From positions 2,304,190 to 2,368,189 of the forward strand of contig OZ244071.1 in NCBI GenBank assembly GCA_965215555.1: a stretch of DNA of 64,000 nt. Direction: 5' to 3'. Both the position numbers and the translations under genes were made by a program. Under the pieces are notes generated by a model. The model had not been told where the DNA came from. It worked only from the letters and a program-made list of their open reading frames with translations, and made no database searches. The DNA is from Dehalococcoidia bacterium (GTDB taxonomy: Bacteria; Chloroflexota; Dehalococcoidia; Bin125). The stretch's first letter is position 1. Every line of letters begins with the position of its first letter. Below, piece by piece: positions 10,266 through 17,851 of this stretch.

Positions 10266-11734
10266 ACCCGATCGTGAGGTTCCGACATTGGAGCGGCCAG
10301 CATTGATTCCGAAGAGACACCGTTGGCCTGAGCCACCCGGCCGTTTGTTCGGTTTCCGTTCGCCCCGTTCGCCCCGTTGACCATGAGGCCGCCAGGAACC
10401 TCACCTCCAACATCGGCCTGGGGTGCTGGACGGATGCTGATACGACGCAACGTGTCTGCCTGATCGCGGCGATGAGAACGCCGCCAGGCAATCCAGAATC
10501 CCATGCCTACGGAGAGTACGACACCGACTGAGAGTCCGTAGGCGAAGCGGAAGTCGATGCTGTCGGCAGACGCTGAGATTGCAGGAACAATCAACGCCAT
10601 CTGGGCGGCCATCATCAACTCGAAGATCGACAGCACGGTGGCTCGTTGGTCGGATCGGATGCGCCGGTTGATGTAGCCAGTGGCGATGGGTCGGATTGCA
10701 GCATGAATCCCACCCAGAATCGCGATCGGCGCGATGATGCTGAGGTGGTCGAAGAGCAGCAGTGGAATGAAGAGGAAGGCCCCGCCGATCATCAGAATGG
10801 GGATCGCACGTCGTTCACCGACCCGGGCCACGAACGGAGCAGCCAGCAGGGAGCCGGCCGACATCGCTGCGAAGCCGGGCATGATCAACCCGCTCCAGAC
10901 TGCGCCATCGAACAGTCCGCCCGAAGGGCTGAGCCCATGATGCCGGAGGAACGGCTGCACGAAGAAGTTCGGCATCTCGAATGCCACCGTGACTACACCC
11001 GCTAACAGGATGATCCACAGCACCGGCTTTTGACGTATGACGATTCGGAAGCCATCGAGGATGTAGCTGACAATGCCTTGCGGCGAACGGTCGTCGGCGG
11101 ATGCATCGACTGCTGACACCGGAGCGGCGTACAGTCCGTCGTCGGCGAATTCTGCTTCGGTGCGCGGCGGCTCGCGTAGCAGGAGCGCGACGAATCCGGC
11201 CAACGCCATCGTTCCGGCGCCGATCAGGAAGACGGCTTCAAGGCCCCAGAGGCCGGCCATCGGACCGCCAAACAGCGCCGCGCCCAGCAGTGCGCCAGTC
11301 ATCATCGCTTCCGAGCGGCCCATGTGCTTCTCGTACTCGCGACTGCGCCCCAGCGTGCGCAGGGTGTCGAACAGCAACGCGTGCCCCGAGCCGGAATAGA
11401 GAGTCATCGACACGGCCATGACCACGTAACTCAGCGCGAGTCCCACGAAGCCATCGGCCATGACGAACAGGAACGTTCCGCCCGTAAACATGAAACCGCC
11501 CAGCGCCAGGGAGGTGCGCCGTCCCCAGCGGTCGGCGACCGCGCCGGTCGGAACTTCGGCGATGAACATCGTGACCCAGAAGACGGCTTCCATCAAACCG
11601 ACCTGGGTCAGTGAGAGACCGCGTTCGTCCTGCAGGAAAATGATCCAGACGGGCACCCAGATCAAGAATCCAGTGGCGAACTGGAACAGGTAGTAGATCG
11701 GAATGTTTCGCGCGAAGCGGTCAGTCTGTGTCAT
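10262..11734 (-). CDS. MFS transporter (paralogue 2)
   Basis: EVPTGAVADRWGRR, SGSGHALLFD, RRIRSDQRATVLS. Stop overlaps the next start by 4 nt. Confidence 0.9.
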   Translation of the reverse strand: MTQTDRFARNIPIYYLFQFATGFLIWVPVWIIFLQDERGLSLTQVGLMEAVFWVTMFIAEVPTGAVADRWGRRTSLALGGFMFTGGTFLFVMADGFVGLALSYVVMAVSMTLYSGSGHALLFDTLRTLGRSREYEKHMGRSEAMMTGALLGAALFGGPMAGLWGLEAVFLIGAGTMALAGFVALLLREPPRTEAEFADDGLYAAPVSAVDASADDRSPQGIVSYILDGFRIVIRQKPVLWIILLAGVVTVAFEMPNFFVQPFLRHHGLSPSGGLFDGAVWSGLIMPGFAAMSAGSLLAAPFVARVGERRAIPILMIGGAFLFIPLLLFDHLSIIAPIAILGGIHAAIRPIATGYINRRIRSDQRATVLSIFELMMAAQMALIVPAISASADSIDFRFAYGLSVGVVLSVGMGFWIAWRRSHRRDQADTLRRISIRPAPQADVGGEVPGGLMVNGANGANGNRTNGRVAQANGVSSESMLAAPMSEPHDRV

Positions 11735-11814
11735 CGGCGGGCGCGTGCAGAGTACCGGTCATCGTTGGCAATGCAGTAGAGCGTAGGGATTTGAGCTGAG
11801 GTGAGAGCGGTCGG

Positions 11815-13269
11815 TCAGTCCGTGTTCTGCACATTTGGGTACAGAGTCGGAGCATCGCCGCCGTGCCCGTTCTGATGCAACGGCGATTGTTGTCGAAGCG
11901 CTTGGGGTTTGGGCACGGTCATCGACCACTCGCGAATGCGTTCTGACTGGTCGTGCCGATGTGCAAACCGCCAGAGCAGCCACAGCGCCGTGCCGATCGT
12001 GACCACCACCAGCAGCGCCAGTCCGAATGCGGCCGGAAACGAAACGAGATCCGCCACTGGCAGGAGCGCGATCACCACAATGCTCATGACACCGCCGTGT
12101 ACCAGCGAAAAGATCGACAACACCGTTGCGCGCTGATTGGATGTGATTCGTCGGTTGATGTAGCCGGTCGCGATCGGCCGGATCGCCGCCTGGGCAATGC
12201 TGACCATGAAGATGGCGCCCAGCAGACCGAGATGGTTCCAGATCGCGAGCGGAATCAGGAAAAGCGCTCCAAACGCGAGGATTGCGGGGAAGGAGCGTCG
12301 CGCGCCCAACCTGCCGATCAGTCTCGCGGCCGCCATCATGCCCAGCATGGTTCCAAGGTAGCCAGGGATCAGCAACGCCGACCAGATGAACCCGTCAGCC
12401 ACGCCGGCTAGTGGGTCGAGACCATGCTGCGCCACGTACGGCTGAGACACGAAACGCGGGAGATCGAACAGCGCGATCAAGATCGCCGCGAACGGCACCA
12501 GGTAGCGAATCGGTCGATTGCGCCAGACGATGCGGAATCCTTCGAGCATCTCGTGCATGATCGGCATCCCGCTGTCTGTGTGGGGAGCCTGATTCGGGTG
12601 GTCGGCAGCCGTGTGCCGGACGTCTGACGGGGGCGCATGGAGTGGATCCGGTGCAAAATCCGATTCTCGGCGCGGCGGCTCACGCAGCGACAGCGCTGCG
12701 ATTGCTGAGACAACAAAGAATCCTGAGGAAACGAGGATGGTCGCGGAATATCCAAGGAAGTACGCGACTGGTCCACCGATCGCTGTCGCGAGCACCATCA
12801 TGGCCCAGAACAGCCCATGAGAACGCCCCGCGTGGCGTTCATAGTCGCCGGTTTGGCCCAGGACTCGCAGCGTGTCGTAGAGCAGGGCGTCGCCAGCGCC
12901 GGAGTAGAGGGTCATGCCCACACCCATCACGAGGTACGAGCCCAGCAGGAGCGAGAAGGAATCGGCCATCGCGAAGATGACTGTGGAGATCGCAAAGAGC
13001 ATCGCGCCGAGCGCCAGCGACACGCGCCGACCAAATCGGTCCGCGATCGCACCAGTCGGGACTTCGCAGATGATGATCGTGAGCCAAAAGAATGACTCGA
13101 TAATGCCGACTTCTGTCAGAGACAGGCCGCGTCCATCCATCAGATAGATGATCCAGATGGGCAGAAAGATCATGAACCCGGTCGAGGCCATGAACAGGTA
13201 GTACACGCGGATATTGCGTTGGAAGCGACGCGGTTCGTACTTCGGTAGGGCAGGAGCGAGAGCGGACAT
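11815..13269 (-). CDS. MFS transporter (paralogue 1)
   Basis: EVPTGAIADRFGRR, SGAGDALLYD, RRITSNQRATVLS. Confidence 0.9.
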   Translation of the reverse strand: MSALAPALPKYEPRRFQRNIRVYYLFMASTGFMIFLPIWIIYLMDGRGLSLTEVGIIESFFWLTIIICEVPTGAIADRFGRRVSLALGAMLFAISTVIFAMADSFSLLLGSYLVMGVGMTLYSGAGDALLYDTLRVLGQTGDYERHAGRSHGLFWAMMVLATAIGGPVAYFLGYSATILVSSGFFVVSAIAALSLREPPRRESDFAPDPLHAPPSDVRHTAADHPNQAPHTDSGMPIMHEMLEGFRIVWRNRPIRYLVPFAAILIALFDLPRFVSQPYVAQHGLDPLAGVADGFIWSALLIPGYLGTMLGMMAAARLIGRLGARRSFPAILAFGALFLIPLAIWNHLGLLGAIFMVSIAQAAIRPIATGYINRRITSNQRATVLSIFSLVHGGVMSIVVIALLPVADLVSFPAAFGLALLVVVTIGTALWLLWRFAHRHDQSERIREWSMTVPKPQALRQQSPLHQNGHGGDAPTLYPNVQNTD

Positions 13270-13284
13270 GCTCGCTCAGGGTAC

Positions 13285-13327
13285 GGCCAACGCCTCAGGG
13301 TTTGGCCAACGCCTCGGGGTATGGCCA
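13285..13327. repeat. 19-bp tandem direct repeat (2 copies plus partial) upstream of the MFS triplet
   Basis: GGCCAACGCCTCAGGGTTT (13285-13303), GGCCAACGCCTCGGGGTAT (13304-13322), GGCCA. Confidence 0.85.
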
Positions 13328-13335
13328 GGGACGAG

Positions 13336-14073
13336 TCAGTCAGGAGGGCGGCTCGGAGACAGCGGTCGCCGCCGCATCTGGTTCCAGGAACGCGGATACT
13401 GCGCGTTTGTGGGGCGCGTCTTAGTTGCAACCAGGATGTCTTCCGGTGGATCGATTGGCGTGATTTCTGCGCCCAACTCATGTGCCGTTTGTTCAGCCAG
13501 ACGCATCTCTGCCAGCGGGAGTTCGCCCGTCCAGGCCGCGGCGATGCCGCCAACCTGCAGGAAGGGAACCATGAGCTCGAGCGCTGTTGTCGGTGGAGCG
13601 ACTGCTCGGCTGATCGCCAGGGAGAACCCTTCGCGCATTTCAGTGTGTGCGGCCAACTCGGCGCGTTCCCGCAGGACTCCGATGTGAGGTGCGTCAAGCA
13701 TGGCAACGATCTCAGACAGGAAGTCCGCTGCACCGGTGCGCGAGTCCAGCAAGGTCGCCGCTCGTTCTGGTTCGCAGAGGGCGTAGGGCAAGCCCGGAGT
13801 GCCATTGCCGCTGCCGATGTCGACCATTGGTCCGTGCGGCACCGGCAAGTCGGCGCCGATCAGGCGATGTCGCCCTGCCAATGGCTCAATGATGTGCTTG
13901 TGAATCGCGGTGTCGGGCTCTCGAATTGCTGTGAGATTGCGTGGCGCATTGAGCATGCCGCTCAGCCAGATGCTCAGTTGCGCGGCCAGATTTGGATTCA
14001 GGTCCTCCACATAACTCAGGCCTGCCAGGCTGAGCGCCGTTCGAATCTGCTGCTGGGCTATCAGGTACGGCAT
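13336..14073 (-). CDS. rsmG: 16S rRNA m7G527 methyltransferase RsmG/GidB
   Basis: NLTAI, KHIIE, SAM motif VDIGSGNGTPG, RAE, SRAVA, and C-terminal KTRPTNAQYPR. Start probably ATG 14073. Confidence 0.88.
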   Translation of the reverse strand: MPYLIAQQQIRTALSLAGLSYVEDLNPNLAAQLSIWLSGMLNAPRNLTAIREPDTAIHKHIIEPLAGRHRLIGADLPVPHGPMVDIGSGNGTPGLPYALCEPERAATLLDSRTGAADFLSEIVAMLDAPHIGVLRERAELAAHTEMREGFSLAISRAVAPPTTALELMVPFLQVGGIAAAWTGELPLAEMRLAEQTAHELGAEITPIDPPEDILVATKTRPTNAQYPRSWNQMRRRPLSPSRPPD

Positions 14074-14187
14074 CGGCAAGGGAGTAGGATAGGGAAGTCG
14101 GGGCCTGGTGATGCTCTGTTCGCGCCGCGTGTCACGCGGGAGGGCCACCAGACGACTCGAACACTGCTCGATAGTTGGAGACGACTA

Positions 14188-15219
14188 ATGGCATTCTTTG
14201 ACGACGAACAGACAACCGACGCGGTGGAGGAGTCCGTGGACGACGTGGTTGAGGGCGACGCCGAGATCTTCGATGAGCCGGTCGCCGCAGAAACGGAAAA
14301 CGGAACCGTTGCTCCGTCCAAGCCGATCACCCTGGACCTGGCGGTGATGGAGTACTTCAAGTGGGAGGAAGAGCGAGAGGCGAAGCGCTCGCGACGCAAG
14401 ACGACGACGACCACGCGGCCGCGTCGAGGCGCATTCGTTCTGGACGAGCCGGCGCGCGAAGCGGTCACGAGATTTCTCTGGCACTTCGGTCCCAGTACGC
14501 CGATCTCGGAACTCTCACCCAAGACGATGGAGGGGTTCCAGGAAACCATCGGCACCAACGCCATGGATCTTGCCTCGCGCCTGCAACCAGTGAAGGAATT
14601 TCTGCGCTTTTGTTGGAAGCAGCAATACACGGTCACCGTCGATGCCGAGGGTGAGGTCAGCGCGCAGAACCTGGGCAACTACCTGCGAATCAAACGGGCC
14701 AGCAATGTGGTGCGCGACGCGTCGCGCTTCCAGCATGAACAGGCCCAGACCTTTGAGATGACCGCTGCTGGTCTCCAGTCGTTGCATGAGGAACTGGGAC
14801 AGCTCAACGCCGAGATGCCCGAAGCCGTGCAGGCTGTGGCCGCCGCGCGCGAGGACAAGGACATCCGTGAGAACGCTCCGCTCGAGGCAGCACGCGAGCA
14901 TCAGGAGCGTCTCAAGTCACGGATCGATGAACTCGAGTACCAGATTGCGCACGCCGTGGTTCGCGATGAACGAGCGACAGGGCGGGCCAAGCTGGGCAGT
15001 CGCGTGTCGGTCGTCGAAGTAGACGATAACGGCGGCTTGCTAGGCGAAGCCAGAGAGTACACTCTCGTTGGAACCACCGAAGCGAATGCCGCGGCGCGGC
15101 GGATCTCGGTCGAGAGCCCGCTCGGTCGCGGACTGCTTGACCAACCTGCCGAGCGGCAGATCGAAATCCAGGCCCCCAGCGGTCGCAAACGGTTCCGCCT
15201 CCTCGCGGTCACGGGCTGA
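14188..15219 (+). CDS. greA: Transcription elongation factor GreA with a long N-terminal extension
   Basis: C-terminal ~160 aa has MTAAGLQSLHEEL, acidic tip EDKDIRENAPLEAARE and ISVESPLGRGLL. ATG 14188 adds about 180 aa upstream. Confidence 0.9.
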   Translation: MAFFDDEQTTDAVEESVDDVVEGDAEIFDEPVAAETENGTVAPSKPITLDLAVMEYFKWEEEREAKRSRRKTTTTTRPRRGAFVLDEPAREAVTRFLWHFGPSTPISELSPKTMEGFQETIGTNAMDLASRLQPVKEFLRFCWKQQYTVTVDAEGEVSAQNLGNYLRIKRASNVVRDASRFQHEQAQTFEMTAAGLQSLHEELGQLNAEMPEAVQAVAAAREDKDIRENAPLEAAREHQERLKSRIDELEYQIAHAVVRDERATGRAKLGSRVSVVEVDDNGGLLGEAREYTLVGTTEANAAARRISVESPLGRGLLDQPAERQIEIQAPSGRKRFRLLAVTG

Positions 15220-15342
15220 CCGGCCAGATTCGGCCGGCCGTCCAGGCGAGACGAAACACGAGCGAGATGTGCCGCCTCCCGTGCGCACCGGGACGCGGTG
15301 TCCATCCACCAACTGAGCGTGCGCGCGGGGAAAGTGGCGCCG

Positions 15343-16512
15343 ATGTCCGATATTCCGACCATTGAGTTCACGATCACCAATGACAACCTCGACACCGGTT
15401 TGCGCGGCTATCCGGTGGGTACCTGCGAAACCAGTTACGTCGACCCGCAGGAAGGCGTGTCGTACGTCGGCTATCCGATCGCCGATCTGGCCTTCTTGCC
15501 GGCCGAGGACATCATTCACCTGCTGTTCAACAAGTCTCTGCCAACGGATGCCGAGCGTCAGGCAGTTGCTGACGACATCGCCGAACGCTCCGAGGTCTCC
15601 GAGGACGCGGTGGCCTCGATCTCGGCACTGCCGGCGGCCGGGCATCCGATGGACCAGTTCTGCGCCGCCATCCAGATTCTGGGTATGACCGGCAAGACCG
15701 ACGACTATTACGAAGACTCGCTCAACCTCGTCGCCCGGATTCCGACGGCACTCGCAGCAATCTTCCGCAAGCGTGAAGGCTGGGGCCCGCCAATCCCCTC
15801 GGAGCCCTCGCGCGGTTACGTGAACAACTTTGTCCACATGCTGGGCATGCCCGGCGGGGATGAGGAAGCGTTGACCCGACTGCTGTCGGTCTACTACAAC
15901 CTGCATGCCGACCACGGCGGCGGCAACCTCTCGACGTTCACCGGACGCGCGGTCGCTTCGGGTCTGGCCGACATGTATCGCTCGATGGCTTCTGGGATGA
16001 ACGCGCTGGCCGGACCTCGACACGGTATGGCCAACCAGGACGCCTTCAAGATGGTCCAGGAAGTCGACACCGAAGATCCTGATGCAGCCTACGAGGCGCT
16101 CAAGGAACGACTCGCCAGCGGCGGCCTGATCTTCGGCTTCGGTCACGCAGTCCTGCGTCAGGAAGACCCCAGGGCCAAGGTGCAGCTGGGTATCGGCGAG
16201 GAACTCTGCCCCGACGACCACTGGTTCAAGGTGGTCAAGGCAGTCCGCGAGGGCGGTATCCGTGCCCTGAGCGAGAACCCCAAGGTCTCCAATCCGTACC
16301 CCAACGTCGACCTGATCTCCGGCAGCCTGGTCAATGCGCTGGGCTTCACCGACCCCGACTATTACACCACCCTGTTCGGTTGGTCGCGGATCGCTGGCAT
16401 CGGCGCGCAGATCGTGGACGAGCGAACGCGCGCGCGGAATGGTCGAGGCGTGGCGATCTATCGACCCCGCTACATACCCATCAACCAGCCAGCCCGCTCA
16501 CTCTCCAGCTAA
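15343..16512 (+). CDS. gltA: Citrate synthase, eukaryote-like type
   Basis: GLRGYPVG, HADHGGGNLS, ALAGPRHGMANQ, GFGHAVLRQEDPR, NPYPNVD. The catalytic His/His/Asp are all present. Confidence 0.9.
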   Translation: MSDIPTIEFTITNDNLDTGLRGYPVGTCETSYVDPQEGVSYVGYPIADLAFLPAEDIIHLLFNKSLPTDAERQAVADDIAERSEVSEDAVASISALPAAGHPMDQFCAAIQILGMTGKTDDYYEDSLNLVARIPTALAAIFRKREGWGPPIPSEPSRGYVNNFVHMLGMPGGDEEALTRLLSVYYNLHADHGGGNLSTFTGRAVASGLADMYRSMASGMNALAGPRHGMANQDAFKMVQEVDTEDPDAAYEALKERLASGGLIFGFGHAVLRQEDPRAKVQLGIGEELCPDDHWFKVVKAVREGGIRALSENPKVSNPYPNVDLISGSLVNALGFTDPDYYTTLFGWSRIAGIGAQIVDERTRARNGRGVAIYRPRYIPINQPARSLSS

Positions 16513-16604
16513 TGCTCGAGAAGCGAGATCTGTGGACTCACAACGCCCAACTCATCCTGGGGGGATAGCCACTGTCGCAGGGCTGGGTTAGGATCGGAGA
16601 TCGA

Positions 16605-16627
16605 CCGCGCCCCTACTTGGGGCGCGG
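16605..16627. promoter_or_regulatory. Perfect 9-bp GC hairpin upstream of the oxidase operon (terminator of gltA or 5' leader stem)
   Basis: CCGCGCCCC-TACTT-GGGGCGCGG, with no U-tract. Confidence 0.5.
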
Positions 16628-16652
16628 CTGAGCGAGAGGCGAACAGACGGTA

Positions 16653-17795
16653 ATGCCCACGCTGGAATCGGCGAGGCAGAAGCGCGGGAGCGTCCTTCAG
16701 CAAATCGCTGAGGCGTCTTACGGCTATCCCAACGACGAGTTTCCCGATCGCGAAGTCACGACCAATTTCCCTGAGGAACAGATGGGCGTCCGCGTCCGAT
16801 CGGGCGGTTGGCTGTATCCCGACCTCGTCGTCACCGACGAGCCTGGCCACTTCGTTGCCCTCTCCGGCGATCTGGCACTCGCCCACGAAGTCACCAATGA
16901 AACCGCTGTTGAACGCTGGAAGCCACTGGCCCAGGCGTCGCCGCTCGTCCTCTACGTCCCCATGGGACACAGTGGCCGCGCGATTCGCCTCTGCCGCATG
17001 AACGGGATCAAGCTGCACAAGCTGATCGCTTACCGGCAGCGACCGGCTGGATTCGGCATCGATCTGCAAGAGGCCTACAGCGGTCCCGACCTGTTCAAGC
17101 CGATCGCCGGACTGCTGCCACCGGCCCTCCGACCGATGGTCTACCGCACCGAGCGCAAAGTCGTCGCAGATTCCTACTTGCAGCCATTCCCGGCTTCACG
17201 CAGCGGCGACGTGCCGGCGATCGCAGGTCCGGCAGAACAACCGCCAGCAACGCTCGCGCTGGCATCGGGTATCGAAGACGAACACGGCCATGGCGACCAT
17301 GACTCTCCCGAGACCCACCTGCCACCGCCCAGTCTCGCTCCGATCCTGTTTGCACTCGGCCTGATGATGACCGCCGCCGGAGCGGTGTTCGTTGGTGAGT
17401 TGCTCGGTGTCGGCATCACGTTGATCATCATCTCGGCCGTGCGTTGGTTGCTCGATGACATGGGCTACTTCGAAGCGGGCGGTCCGGCAGAGTTTCGTCA
17501 GAATCCTTTGCAGGTTATGCCTGAGGTGGCTCCGCCGCCCGGCGTGCACATGCCGCCTCCCAGCATTTCTCCAGTCATGTTCGCCATCGGCCTGATGATG
17601 ACCGCTGCAGGGGCAGTCTTTGTCGAGCATCTGCTGGGCGCCGGCATCACCCTGATCGTGTTTGGTGGCGTTGGCTGGTTCCTGGAAGACATCAAAGCCT
17701 TCGAAGAGCCTGTGCACGATGACCACCACGACGACCACGAATCGGACGCACCACTCATGGCCGGTGCGGACGGCGCAGAACAGCGCGCCGGATAG
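16653..17795 (+). CDS. Fusion protein: unknown soluble N-terminal domain plus two cytochrome c oxidase subunit IV (CtaF-like) TM hairpins
   Basis: First gene of the oxidase cluster. Repeats HLPPPSLAPILFALG...RWLLDD and HMPPPSISPVMFAIG...GWFLED, flanked by His-rich stretches. Confidence 0.65.
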   Translation: MPTLESARQKRGSVLQQIAEASYGYPNDEFPDREVTTNFPEEQMGVRVRSGGWLYPDLVVTDEPGHFVALSGDLALAHEVTNETAVERWKPLAQASPLVLYVPMGHSGRAIRLCRMNGIKLHKLIAYRQRPAGFGIDLQEAYSGPDLFKPIAGLLPPALRPMVYRTERKVVADSYLQPFPASRSGDVPAIAGPAEQPPATLALASGIEDEHGHGDHDSPETHLPPPSLAPILFALGLMMTAAGAVFVGELLGVGITLIIISAVRWLLDDMGYFEAGGPAEFRQNPLQVMPEVAPPPGVHMPPPSISPVMFAIGLMMTAAGAVFVEHLLGAGITLIVFGGVGWFLEDIKAFEEPVHDDHHDDHESDAPLMAGADGAEQRAG

Positions 17796-17851
17796 CGACA
17801 ACGAACAGTGCTGAACACAGAGCTGCAACAGGGAGAGAAGGGAGCGGGCGC

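Noticed and set aside
10340-10380. 9-bp repeats (CCGTTCGCC)
   Set aside because: They encode the low-complexity NGANGANGN tail of MFS paralogue 2, an ordinary coding microsatellite.
13321-14187. N-terminal 289 aa of the 632-aa ORF 13321..15219
   Set aside because: It is the antisense shadow of rsmG. GreA-type sequence begins at ATG 14188.
14188-14740. Integrase or prophage remnant at the greA N-terminus
   Set aside because: There is no catalytic R-H-R-Y domain, att site or phage gene. The segment is in frame with an intact housekeeping gene.
17796-17851. Weak 12-13-bp duplication (ACAGTGCTGAAC / ACAGAGCTGCAAC) before ctaC
   Set aside because: Only two imperfect copies, which could arise by chance.
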